Made by a program: the position numbers and the translations under genes. From positions 62,001 through 126,000 of the forward strand of contig ML996700.1 in the NCBI GenBank assembly GCA_010356995.1: 64,000 bases of DNA. The letters run 5' to 3'. The notes beneath the pieces were generated by a model. That model made no database searches, had not been told where the DNA came from, and worked only from the letters and a program-made list of their open reading frames with translations. Of this stretch, positions 12,648 to 25,438 are shown piece by piece. The stretch comes from Trichodelitschia bisporula (taxonomy: Eukaryota). Position 1 is the first letter of the stretch. The number at the start of each line of letters is the position of its first letter.

Positions 12648-13444
12648 CGCGGACGTGGTGGGTGTGGGGATGTTGGTGATGTGAAGCTTTGGTGGTGAGG
12701 GGATTAGGGCCGGGATCGCGCAGGTGCAGGTGGGACGATTTGATGCTTGTCATCGTCATCGTGCGTGTTTGTCCATTGTTATTTTTCCAACGCCACAGGG
12801 CCCCATTCCTTCAGCTTCATACATACTTTCTGCTCCGAAGCTTTCGGCTATATCGATAACTCCCTCTGAAGCTTCAATGCCCCCCCCCCTCAACATCCCG
12901 CCGCCTTCACGTGCTCCCCCGGAGGCATCGCAATGTATCCGGTACGGATGTACTTAGCCACCGATCAGCGCGTTCGCCGCTTCCTACGGCCGTAAACTCT
13001 CGGCCTCGCATGCCGTCCTGCAAGGCACAGCACAAGATTTCCATCAGCACCGCATCATAAGCTTCGCACCGTTGTCCCCATTTTATGCAACGATCGCTAC
13101 ATAGGCCGGATGAATAGCACCCGCGACTCGGAGCATCTTCATATCCCGGACCGCAACCCTCGCAATTCCTCCCATATCTCGGCCCATGTGAACCGCACCA
13201 AACCAGGCTCGCACTAGAAGCACGGATCGAAGCCCACGCTGATCTTCACTATCCTGCAACGTGGTATTGAACCCCAACTTGCCACGGGGCCGAGGCATCC
13301 ATAAGTTACGCGCACGTGCGCCCTGTCCGCCTAACATTGAGACCTGGTCCGGGCGTTCCCAGCTCATATATCCCGCAACCCCAACCCACCTCCACGTTTC
13401 CCACGCCGCACACCAACCCTACCCGCACATCACCGACCGGAACA

Positions 13445-14641
13445 ATGGCCTCCATCCTCACCGCGCCGCTAGGCCTGCTCGGCCAACCGCTTTTCACAGG
13501 CCCGCTCCTCCTGGCGCTGACGAGTGGACCGGAAGCCCTCCGCGGACCGCTCCTGCACCAGCTTGAGAGCTTCATCACGAAGATTGGCGTGAGCAGTATC
13601 ACCACGCCGCGGGTGATTACGGCACTGAAGGTCCTGCTGGCGCTTGGACTGGGGCGGCGGGTGAATCGTGCGTTGAACGCGTGGGCGCTGAATAATTGGC
13701 GGTGGCGGGCGCAGACGGACAAGTGGACGTGGAATTGGGAGGTTGCGGTAGTGACGGGTGGGAGTAGTGGGATTGGGCTTGAGACGGTGAGGTTGTTGAG
13801 TAGGAAGGGGGTTAAGGTTGCGGTGTTGGATATTCAGGATTTGCCGGAGAGTGTGCAGAACTGTAAGCTTGGTGGCTCTTTTGGTGGGATGGGACTAATG
13901 GAGGGACAGACTCCAACATCAAGTTCTTCTACTGCGACGTCACTTCTCCCGACTCCATCTCCGAGGCCGCGGCTGCCGTGCGCAAGACATGGGACCACCC
14001 GAGCATCCTGATCAACAACGCCGGGATTGGCGGCCCGCACTCGCTGGTTGAGATGCCAACGGCGTGGGTCAGCAAGATCTTCACCATCAACATTGTGTCG
14101 CACTTTTGGTTGATCAAGGAGTTTCTCCCGAACATGATCGCCAAGGACAAGGGGCATATTGTCGGGCTCGCCAGCATGGCGAGCTGGGTTGCGCCGCCGG
14201 GGATTGTGGATTACGCGGCGACGAAGGCGGCCGTTACGGCGCTGCATGAGGGTGCGTGGAGTCACTACGCAGAGAACGAATGTATGGATCAAGCTAACTA
14301 GCCCTCCAGGCCTGAACATGGAAATCCGGCACCTGTACAAGACGCCCGGCGTGCTCAACACGATCGTGCACCCGAGCTGGGTGCGCACGCCGCTGGTCGG
14401 CGGCTTCGAAGACCACCTCGAGAAGACGCAGGGCGGGCTGATGAAGCCCGAATGGATCGCGCAGAAGATTGTGAAGCAGATTGTCAGCTGCCGCGGCGGT
14501 CAGCTTATTATCCCCAGCAAGCTGGCGTCGGCGACGAGGTTGCGTGGTGAGGCGAATTGGATTCAGGAGCTTATTCGCGATTTTGCGGTTGGAGGGGCTG
14601 CGTCGGAATTTCCGGATCAGGCGAAGAAGGCGGCGAAGTAG
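13445..14641 (+). CDS. Short-chain dehydrogenase/reductase with N-terminal hydrophobic anchor, 3 exons
   Basis: TGGSSGIG, LINNAG and YAATK catalytic motif. Two GT-AG introns. Confidence 0.9.
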
Positions 14642-16754
14642 AGGGAGGGATGGGAGTTGGGGGAGTTGGAGGGGTGTGTATACGATAGGGAGGGTGTTTT
14701 GTGCAATAGGGATGTTGGAGAGCGGAGGCTTCTCCGGGATACGCTGGTGAAGCAATTGACGGAAGCATCACGAGCCTCACCAATATGGATCATGTGATGA
14801 CAAGATGCATTTCCCGCTTGAGCATGCGCAAAGTCTGATATCAAGTTACCCGAGGATGCCATGGCGTCTCTGTAGCAACAACAATAAACGCGACAATGCG
14901 CCTCCATCCCTCACGCTGAAGCAACGTCGTCAGATCAGAGTTCATAGTCCGGCACCATAACCGACGGCGCGCACACCACGCCCTACCCACCCCACGCTAT
15001 GATGCTTGGAGCCTACGTAGCCCTCCCGCCTCCAATAGCTAGCTCGTCTTCGACGTCGCCAGCATTTGCACCAACCTCCAAACAATGTGCGAAACAAAGC
15101 CATCAGACCACCAGAAAAATACATCGCGAAACCGCCATGAGCTGGCACCCTAACCTCCCCCCCTCGCCGAGAATACCGAGCACTCCGCCAACCCATCAGC
15201 CGAAGACGCAGATGCAGATACGGTTCGCAAAACGAAGAACACGGGCCCACCGCCCTGGGCCTTCTAGCTAGGCTTCTACCAAGACCGCTACCCAAGGCGC
15301 CGCGTCGTTAGAGCCCCTGCCACGCATTTGGCAAGATCCCGATCTCGCGCGCGCCGAGGGGACGAGGAAGCCTAGCGCGGCGGAGGGTGATGGGTTTGGC
15401 AGTGCGAGCCTTGCGGTTGTGAAGGGCGAGGTGAGGGGAACTTATGCCGTGCCCGTTGCGCGCAAATGCTCAGTCATATCCGCTCCGAACGGCGTGGGAC
15501 AGATAGGACACAGCCTTACGGCGCGCAGAACTACGGAATTTTTGATAGCATCTGCGTCTTTCGACGAGGGGGCCCTGCCCTGCCGCTGATTCCCTGCCGT
15601 CATTTCGATGCGCCAATGCGCAGCGCGCTTGCGCTGCCGACTCGCTTGTGGTGTCCTGCGGGCGGCCTGCGTTTTTGGTTCCTGACGGGGGGGGGAGATC
15701 GGCGTTTGGGCGTGCCGATGGGGCGCAGGGTGGTGCGTGAGGCTGGGCGGCTTGGGATGATGGAGAAGGTAGGATTGTTTGTAGGTTCGAGGGGGATGGA
15801 TTGCTATCAGGCTATCATGCATTCCATGGCGGGTTGGTGGTGCCTTGGATGGAGAGGGGGAGGATGAGCTGAGGATTCGGGAGTGATGAGAGGGAACGCT
15901 GGGAGGCCTTGCGTTTTGCTTCCTCTTCCAAGTGTTCTGTTCCTAGCATCACGGGGAAATGAGACGCTATCCTCGAGCGAGTTGTTGAGCCTCGCCGGGA
16001 TGTTCCATCCTTACCCGTCCGCACCGTTTCTCCACCCGGGAAGCCGACCCCCCCTCCCCTCCCCGCCGAGTTCCTCGTTCCCCATCGGCATCGGACACTC
16101 CCAACCAACAGCAGTCTCCAAGCGTATCACAAAAGCGTGAGCCCGTGGACCCACACCTATTTTCATCCCCCCTTCCCTCGCGGCCGCAAAGCTTGTCTGC
16201 ACCGGCGCGGCGCGCCTCGCACCAGTCGTATCCGCCCCTATTCCGCGGGGCTTTACGCCTCTCCGCCTTCCACCACATGTGTCGTTCTGCAAGCCTCGAA
16301 ACGAAGTTTCTAAACCAATCCCTTTGCTCCATTCCTACGAGATGCACGGCCTCCACCGCCGTCCCCATCTCTACTGCGCTCCCCCCGTATACCAAAACCC
16401 ATGCCGTAATATCAGCACCTCCGCCCCCCAAGCCTCGCCGTGCAACCCACCGCCCCCTGCGCACGCACAGCGCCAGCCTTCCGTATTCCTCGCACAGAGC
16501 ACAGCCGCTTGGCTCCACCCTCTTATCAACCCGGGCGTCCCAGGCCCGCGGTGCGGCGCGTTTGTCTATCCCATTTGTATCCCACTTGCAAATCCTCCGT
16601 GTCCATCACCCATTGCCATCCATGCTGATCTGCCGCGAGCGAGGCCGCGCCGCGGGAAGAAGAAACGTCATTGCGAATTGAGAAACGCGACGAACCACGC
16701 TACTGATATTTGAGAGGGTTGAACTTTTTTTTGGGAGAGAAGGAAAAGGGATTC

Positions 16755-17795
16755 ATGCGCGCGTTTTGGGGCGCGGCTGCGCTTTTCGTTGCGCTGCTGG
16801 CCCGCGGGGCGAGCGCGCAGGCGATTCGCTTCACCGGTGCGCCGGCGGAGGTCACGGTTGGAGAAGAGACAGTGATAACGTGGGAGTCGAGATACTATGG
16901 GGTACGAGGTTTCTTTCTGGAGCGAGCGCGAAGCGGATGCTAACCAGTACAGCCCGTCACGATAACCCTGCGCGAGGGCGAGCCATCGAACCTCCAGCCT
17001 GTGCGGCTGATTACCAGTATGTTTTCTCTCGGCCTTGTCCATTAGTTCGTCATATTGATGATAGTTGTAGCTACGGGCAATGGCGGTGCATATTCCTGGA
17101 TCCCGGACGGCGCGCTCGAGCCCGGCGACGATTATGCCCTGTCCATCGAGCAGGACGGGTACAGCGACTACACGCTCATGTTCGGGATCAAGGCCGCAGC
17201 AGGGGCGATGACCACCACCTCCGAACCCACCAGCACCTCACCAACATCCACAAGCCCCCCCAAGGCCGCCGCCGCCGTCACCACCGGCAAAGCGCTCCCC
17301 TCCTCCACCGCCCTCGGCGTCCCTATGCCCACACCCACCTCCTCCTTCGACTCCACCCTCGGCGACGACGCACACCTCTCCACAACCGACAAAATCGCCA
17401 TCGGCGTCGGCGTCCCCCTCGGCCTAATCCTCCTCTCCACCTTCGGCTACTGGCGACTGGCCAAAGTATTCGCGCACAAGCAATTACACGCCGGCGCCAA
17501 CCTCCCGCTCTACAAGCACGGCAACGCCTCAACCCTGTCCACGCCCGCCGCCGGCGCGGGCGGCACCTCGCGCCCTGCTAGTCTGTGGGGCGCGCAGAGC
17601 GCGCGCTTCTCCTCCGTGTCACCAGAGCCGGGGAGGTCCGGGATGGGTAATGAAGATTTGGAGCTGCTGGTGCAGAATTCGGCGCCGGCGGGGTCGGGAC
17701 ATGGGCGCGCAGAGAGTGGGGCGAGTGTGGGTGGATTGCTCGCGGTGCCGGCGGTGGGGAAGAGCGGGTTGAGGCAGCAGTGGAATCCGGTATGA
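16755..17795 (+). CDS. Secreted/single-pass Ser-Thr-rich membrane protein (Kre9/Knh1-like N-terminal domain)
   Basis: Signal peptide, ITW..PVTITLREG..NL..YSWIP..YALSI domain, S/T-rich stalk and TM KIAIGVGVPLGLILL. Two short introns. Confidence 0.75.
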
Positions 17796-18667
17796 GTCTA
17801 GGAGAGGGCGAGGCGGTAATGATTCATGATGCGCGGGCGGCGTGTGGGGAGGGCGGCTGGGCGCGTGTGACTCCGGACGGCGGCGTGGATTAAGCACTCC
17901 CGAAATCGGGATAGAGCATAGACGCATTGCATTGGGCGGCGCGGTTTTTCTTGGATATCTGTCAGTTTAGCGGTTTACTCGCGTTTATATACCCCACCGG
18001 GACTCTCATACCAATTACTAGGACGTTTCCATTTCCGCCCCCAGTTGCAAAAAGGTGATATCTCTTCCTCAGCCCCGCTTTCCCACCGCCGTTGAGCCCT
18101 CTGCCCTACGCGGCTGACATTCCTTCCCGCTCCCCGCATGCCGTACTCACTGGCCGGTGGCAGAGGGATCCACTGCAGGACGAGGAGGGTGGAGATGGGA
18201 TTGCGTGGTGGTGTGGCGTATGGGGTTGCGGATTGTGCATCTCAGCTGGCTCAACCGCAACGCTCTGGCCCAGTTCCCCTTAGCACCCGTGACAACGGTT
18301 CGTTCATTCAAAGCCAGGATGCTGGGCCGTTGGATGGACGATTTGCGGCGGAGTACGGTGTGGACCGCGGGTTAGGGTTGGGGATGTGTTGCGAAGGTGG
18401 GCATGCCCTTGCCCTACGTCATCCATCACAGCGGCCGATGTCGGATTTGATGCTGGTGCCGACGTCCAAGACGGCCTACACGAGGCTTTTAAACCGCAAG
18501 ACACCATCAGAGTTAGCAGGAGCGAGAAGCGATCAAATCATGTGCATCGTATTGCTACGTTTCATCTCTCAGCGGCCCGAACCATCAGACCCATGGGGAC
18601 AGAACACCGAACGCCTGATCACCGACCTCAAGCATACATAAGCTGCAGCTCACATCCCGTCCGTACA

Positions 18668-19084
18668 CTACTTGGTTGTGAAATCCGTCTCGTGGGCCGA
18701 AGCCGTCTCCGTGCCATCACAAGTGCAGTGGTCTAGTACCGTCAGAAACAGTCTTGCAAGGTCAAAGCCTCAACCTACTCTTGGGCCGCTTCCCACACTC
18801 GCACGTCTCAGCCGGCTTCTTGTTCTCCGTCTCGGCGCGGGAGCAGGTGCAGTCGAGAGCGGGGCGCTGGCCTATGCTTATCAGTATCAATATATGAGAG
18901 AAGAAGGGAGGCGCATACCGCACGAGCAGGTCGCACCACCGAGCTTGTTCTCCGCCGACGACCGCTCGCATGTGCAGTGCATAGCTGCGTTCTTGCCGCA
19001 CGAGCAGCGGGCTTCAGCAGCACAGGCGCAGGTCTCGCCGGAGCGGCGGCAGCAGTCGACGGGGACGGCGTGGGTAGGTGTCAT
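18668..19084 (-). CDS. Cys-rich metallothionein-like copper-resistance protein (Crd2-like), 3 exons
   Basis: Spliced product MTPTHAVPVDCCRRSGETCACAAEARCSCGKNAAMHCTCERSSAENKLGGATCSCGQRPALDCTCSRAETENKKPAETCECGKRPKNHCTCDGTETASAHETDFTTK* has 16 Cys as one CC plus seven CxC. Confidence 0.85.
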
Positions 19085-19752
19085 GGTTGCGGGTGTAGTG
19101 GAAAGTTGGAGGGGTGGGAAGTGGAAGGTTTGCAGAGCAGAAGTTTGGGAAGACGGACGAGTTCGGTTGTTTGCTTGCGAAGAGGGAGGTTTGCTTGCGA
19201 AGAGGCTGATGTGAATGTATCTTTTGTCGCAGGCTCGTTGCACTTTATATACCTGTTCCTTCACCCACCGGCTGACCCGCGACCTCTCAGTCGAGCCTTG
19301 TGGAGACGTTCAGCGCTGGCCAATCAGCATGAGCCTAATTCTAAGCTACAAGGGGTGAGGCTGGCGGATTGGGCTTGGCTTGCCACCAGTAGATACCCGG
19401 CCTGGAACTAGCCTTTGATATTCCCGACGTCACACCACTACAGGGGGTTTGAGCCAAAGGATGCACGGTGATGGGAAATGCACTGCTCATGACTGGATGT
19501 AGGAGTGGAGCTTTGCTCTTGAGCAGACACGAGGCGGTCAAAGAAAGATGGGCGGCTCTGAGCGGAATTCCCGCGCTCCAAATCGGGTAGTCTGTGTGAC
19601 ATTTGACAGCTTCGAGCCGATATCACATCAACCAATCCCAGGGAGACAATTTCAAAGCTCCCCACATGCTCTACCGTGGCAGACTCACACGACAAGCTTC
19701 AACCCATAGCAAGCATCCCATTTCCAAACTCAACCACCCCTCCATCCCCATC

Positions 19753-20461
19753 TCACCAAACCCCCGGCACAAACCTCGCCGTCCTCTCACTCCAACTCAC
19801 CCACTGCCCCCCAATAACCTCCCTCAACATCCCCTCCTCCTCCGCGACCCTCTTCCACAAAACCTTCACCTCAACCGCCGCCACTCTCATCAGCACCGCT
19901 GCCCTAACCCCCTGTCCCCATCACCATACCAGCCCAAACGGTGCCCAGTTCGCCCACCCCCCATCCACATTCCCCCACAGCCCAACCGCGCCCACCATAG
20001 CCGCCAAATCAGGCACATAACTCGGATGCTGGCACAAGGCATACAGTCCATCCGTGACCAAGCCCGCCGGCCGCGCGAGCTCGAATGTAAACGCAGATCC
20101 GAGCTGCGCGTACGCGATTAGACGCACCGCGGATCCGCCGATCATCAGTGCGAGCCAGAATATCGTGCCCGCGTTCCAGGTGCATCGGCGAGGGTTCAGG
20201 AGCTCTGGGTGCCAGAAGATGAGCCGGACGGCCTCGCCGGAGAGGAGGGTAGGGAAGGTCCAGAGTGTCGCGAAGGCGAGGTGTATGGTGCTGATGATCA
20301 AGGTGATGAGCATGCGCGGGTAGGCGAGATCAATTGGCAGGCTGTCGGTGTGGTGCTTAGTATCTGATGAGAGCGCCGGGTTTGGAGAGGTCTAGGCCCG
20401 GCGCGCGAGGTCGGCGGCTAGGGCGAAGGAGGCGAGGAGGGCGACTCTGGAGAGTTGTCAT
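19753..20461 (-). pseudogene. Isoprenylcysteine carboxyl methyltransferase (ICMT/PEMT)-like gene with in-frame stops
   Basis: LGSAFTFEL, LVTDGLYALCQHPSY and C-terminal RVAEEEGML..W..WSERTARFVPGVW* lie in one frame. It is interrupted by TAG (20392-20394) and TGA (19921-19923), and the nearest ATG (20461) is one base out of frame. Confidence 0.75.
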
Positions 20462-20949
20462 TTTAGTAGTACCTTTACGGATGTACTAGTAAGCTAGGTA
20501 GTAGGATCGTGAGCTGTATATAGAGTTGCGGATGGAGGTTGAACTTCCAGGCTGTCTCAGCTTGGCAGGGTACGCGCCAGGGGACCAAAGTTTGCATGTG
20601 GCTTGCGGCTTCACCGAATGGATAAGGGAAGGATGCTTCACTGGCCTTCTTTGGGGCGCAAAACCTGAACTATTGAAGCTGGCAAGGCTGGCTGAGCGTA
20701 CATGTAGAAACGCTGATATAAAGCGAGGAGCACACCAACAGCTTCAGGTGATTAACCAGCCTTGTTGCCAACCCCGCGAGCCCCGCAACCTCAGCCTTTC
20801 TTGGTTCAGTACTACTCCTACGACACCCGCTAGTGAACACAAGGACAGAATAATCAGGAAATAAAGGAGCAGTAACCGCAGCCCCCATGCTCAACCGAAT
20901 GCAAATGCCATCGCCCATCAAACCCCGAAGCCCCCAGAGCCCAGTAGTC

Positions 20950-23900
20950 CTATTTCTTCCGCCCGCTCTCGAAACTGACATCAAGCTGCCACAGCGAATC
21001 CCAAATCCCGGTTCCCCGCTTCGGCTTCGCTTTAGCCGGCGACAGCAACCCACTTCCCGACCCAGACGGGCCGGCGTCGGGATTATTGACAAAGCTCGTG
21101 ACGCGCTGCAGCGCACTCGTCGCGCCGAGCGGCGACGTCAAATGGCCGGCGGGCGAGGCCGTGACATGCACAAGACTCGAATCTTTACCCTACACGCGTC
21201 AAACGACAGAGCACAACGTTAGCGCATCAGAAACGCACTCTGCCCAAAGATCGGGCTCCACAGCAATTCGCCCCGTACCTCGTCCTGCACAGGCGTTTCG
21301 CCCGACTCGCCGCGCACGCTGCTCAGGCTCTCGGTCCGCAGGTGGCTCGGCCGGGCCGGCCGCGTGCTTTCCGGCGTCCTGGCTCCTCCTTCCGCTTCAC
21401 GCCCGAGGGCGAGGCCCAGGCCTACTTGGCCGCTTTTCTTGCTTGTTGTGCTGCTGCGTCGGCTGTCGAGGCTCTTGCTCAGGGTCCGGCTGACCTCCTC
21501 CGTTGCTTCGCCGGGCTTCTTCTTCGACACCCGGATGCTGCCCCGCGCATCTACGTTCGCCGCTGCAACTGTGCTCTTGCCCAGGCCCGGCGTGCTGGGA
21601 GCACCGGGTTTCTCCTCCGCCGCATCGAGTAGGTACCATCTCAACCCGTCGGAAAGGTGGAAGGGATTGTCATCGTCGTCCTGTTCTGCTTCGTCTCCCG
21701 CCCGCGCCGCATGGACTGCCTTCGAGAGATCCACGATGCGTTCCTCAACCCGCGAAATGCGCGCCACAATCCACTCCTTATTCGCAAGGCGATGGGCCTC
21801 TGTTTCGCGCAAAAAGTAGTGTGGTGCACCGACGTTGAACGCCGCCCACGGCCGTGTAGCCTGGTTACGAGTGGGGAGGAATAGTGCCAAGTCGCCCTCT
21901 TTGAAGGCACGGTAAGCAAGCTTTTCGTGCGCCTCGGACTGCATACGGATCGCCTTGTCGCGGTATCCACGCGCCTCCTTCTGCCACTTGCGTGCTGTGT
22001 GCTCCATGTCACGCATGCGCTTGGTGATCGCATCAGCAACGGTGTCGAGATTGAAACGCGTGACCAGGCCCATGTATTCCGTGAATTTGGTCTCTTCGTC
22101 TGCAGGGGAATCCTTCTCCATCCAAAGCAATGAGCTGAGGTCGGAGAGATCGGGAATGGATCGCGAGGGAGGGGGCCCCATGAGCGAGCGGGATTGAGCG
22201 ATGGAACCGTCAGTGGGCAACATGGTACTTGCGCCTGACCTCGACGCCCTCTGGACGATCATGTTGTTATCCGTGTACGAAATGACGAAACCGAGAGTCT
22301 CGAGGAGACGGTTGAGACGGTCGTTGTGTCCATACAGCGTTTGGGTGAGGATTTTGGCACGCTGCAAGCGCTGCTGAAGGCGCGCCTTTTGCGCTTCCGA
22401 GACGTCCTGGAGCTGCCGGTACTTGCTCTGAAGGGAGAACAACTCGACGTCCAGGCTGTTGACGTGCGAATTCGTCTCTGCGAGCTTAGAGGACAACTTC
22501 GAGATCTTGGCCTCTTCATCCGCAACACGTTTCCGCAAAGCTTCAGAGCCGGTCTCGCCTTCTGCGAACTTCGCGCGAAGGCCTTTGAGGTGTTCCCGCT
22601 CCTCCTCAAGCTCTACTGACACAGACTCAGCCTTGGCCTCAGATGCGTCCAGTTCCTCTTTGAGCCTCGTGACTTCTGATTCATGCTCCCTCAGTTTCCC
22701 AGTAAGAGCGGCAAGCTCAGCTGTGTGGCTCTGGAGCTTCGATTCGAGGCTTGCATTTCCTGACTGAGCCATGGACAGCGCCTGCGTCAGATCCTTGATG
22801 TGGTTACCCGAACGCTCAGCCAGCACATCCAGCCCAGCGAACAGTTCTCCGAGATCATCGGGGACAGACTCGTCGCCCGAGAGTAGAGAGTAGAGACTTT
22901 GTAGAGCAGTCTTGCGATAGGCATCACCCTCGTCACGAGACTTGAGGCTGGCTTCGAGTCTCCTGGCGTGTTGCTCTGCCTTCCGAACATCCTCAGTAGC
23001 ATTCTTGCGCGCTTGTTCCAGCTCCTGAGCAAGTCCCTGCATCTTAGTGTTCGTCGTGGTTTGTTCGTTATCCCTACTTCCAAGCAGCCGATCAATCTCA
23101 TCTTCCAGCTCCTCGACTTTATTCTTGTAGCGCCCAATCTCTTCCTCCAGAGACTTGCGCTCCTCGGTAAACTCACGTTGCAGCGCATCCATGTTCTCCA
23201 TGATGTCTCGCTTGGTAGAGTTCGCTTCATCCACTTCCTTCTGCTGCGCTTCCCGCGTGTCTTTTTGTGCCATCATTTCGCGAGCTAGCGTTTGCCGAGC
23301 ATCTTTCTCAGCCGCGAGTTCAGCTTCGAGTTGAAGAATGCGGCGGGTGAGGGCTTTCTCTTCGCCGCCCTGGTTTGCCGAGAACCGTCGTGAGGAGATA
23401 GATGACCGGCGGGAGAGTTCCCCATGAGGACGTGGTGAGGTAATGGGTAAAGGCCGGTCGGAGGCGTCGACCGGGGTGACTGGCTCAGGGAACCCGCTTG
23501 CTTGCGAGCCACCGTTCGTGAGTGACAAGCGGTTGATGTGGCTTTGACGATGGAGCAAATCCTCAAGCTTGCGAATGCGACTCCGGAGGCCTTTCGATTC
23601 GTCTTCTAGCTTCAAGTTGGCCTCGCGAAGAATGCGCGTGTCGTCCTCGCCACGGAGAAGGAGAGAGCCGCGCCCAAAGCCAGCTTCGTGAATGCTACCC
23701 ATCTTGAACACTTTGGCACGTTTGACTTGCTGCCGGGTCGGTTTGTCAAGGTCGCGGAGCATTTGCTGGAGCGATTCGACCGTCTCTTCTTGTCCGGGAA
23801 GGGTTGCCAGGCTCTTGACGTAATCTTCGACGTCTTGACGCACGACGCTTGGCCACTCATAGTCGTCGCCTTGCACATTTATCTCGACTCCAAGCACCCT

Positions 23901-25438
23901 TCCGTCAAGACCCTCAAGGACCACGTCGTTTAGGCCTTTGGCCCACTTCTTCCGCCTCTTATGCTCCTCTTCTTGATACCCCGCAAGCTCCTCTGCCAGG
24001 GAGGCCGAATCCTTCTTCATCTTATCCGCCCACTCTTTTCTCCGCACAGCCTCTAGCAGTAATGACCCGTATGTAAGTGGTATCCGAGCTACGAGCGTCG
24101 CACGGTCAAACGCTGCCATGCCTTCCTCTGGAATTTGCAACGCATTAAGCTCTTTGTGCACCTCCGCTAGCGTGCTCTCGATAATGGCGATCCGCTGTAG
24201 ATGCTCAAGGGTCCGCTGGACGAGGGCGTTCTTCTGCTCCACGACAAACCGGCCGAGCTCGCCCATCTCTTTGGAGTACTCCCGGATGTTGGGAAGGAAG
24301 TTCCGAGTGTGCAGCAGCGCGATCTTGGACGCCTGCGCGACCGATTTGGCATCGCTCCCGAGAGTAAGGACGTGATCGCAATCGGACGCTACTTTCGCCG
24401 CAATCGCGTGGATTTCCTGGAGCAGACGTCCGGGCTCCTCTGGGTTGTCGCGAGTGAGCTCGCTCTTCATCATGTCGATATCATTTTTCAGCCCCTCGTA
24501 CTGCGAGCATACATCCTCCAACGCGCCTCCGAGCTCCTTGAGTCGGGCTACGAAGCCCTCGAGCACCGCTTTGCTTTCTTCTACTGCCTTGCGCGCGGAC
24601 TGAGGTTCGACCAACGTGGCGAGGGTTCCGTCAGCTTTCAGGCTTTTCGATTCATCCGTATCAACTCCGAAGAATCGACCAAACTCGGCATTTGCTTTGA
24701 CGCCCTGTAACCTCCCCATCTCCTCCTCCCACTCCTGCAAGTTGAATCCTCCGACCGACTGCCGCACATCTTCAAACCAGGCTTTTGCTTCAGCGTATTT
24801 CGCCTCCAAGCCTTTCACATGGGTGTCGTGACTTAGGGTGGCAATTCTCAGGCCCTTCTCCACCACAGCACGCTTCTGCATGACCGCTTCCGCATTGCTG
24901 CTCATGGACCGGCATGCTTCCAATACCGAGATGGCCCATGCGCGTCGCTGAGCAAAGAGATTCTGCCAGGCCGTGATGCTCGTTTGTGAGGTAAGGGTAT
25001 CAGGGAAGGGAGGTGCATTGTAGGACGGCGGGAGGGGGGTGAGGGGCGCAAGTTGGTTGGTTTGACTGCTACTCGACGGGGATGGTGTGAAAAGAGGTCG
25101 GGGAAAGAGATAGAGTTCCCTCTAGTCGATGTCAGCGTGCTACACTTGATAACCGTAGGGAAGTGCCATTTCCGTAAACAATGCGGAAGCGCCGATGGGA
25201 CAGCGCACAATCCAGGCTCCAGGCAAACGCCCAACATCGATCATACGAGATCACATACCTCCGTCAGCAGCGTCTGCAGCTTGGCATGCTTCCCTTTGAG
25301 GGTCAAGAGAATCTGGTCGTGGGTGGGAATGCCCGTTGCCTTCGCTATCCATGATCGCAGCGCATCTAGCGAGGTCGGGACGGGGTTCGCGCAAGTGATG
25401 CACTCTCCCGAAGGTACAATAGAGATTTGTAACGACAT
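20950..25438 (-). CDS. ATG11: Autophagy-related protein 11 (selective-autophagy scaffold)
   Basis: Ubiquitin-like N-terminus (LRSWIAKATGIPTHDQILLT), long coiled coils and claw domain FKEGDLALFLPTRNQATRPWAAFNVGAPHYFL...NPFHLSDGLRWYL. Introns 25122-25258 and 21190-21278; retaining the latter ends the ORF at 21219. Confidence 0.93.

Noticed and set aside
18369..18379. GGGTTAGGGTT (also 40276-40283 and 44365-44373) as a telomerase RNA template or interstitial telomere
   Set aside because: Under two repeat units each, with little room for a long TER transcript and no recognisable TER domains. Chance or Myb-factor sites are more likely.
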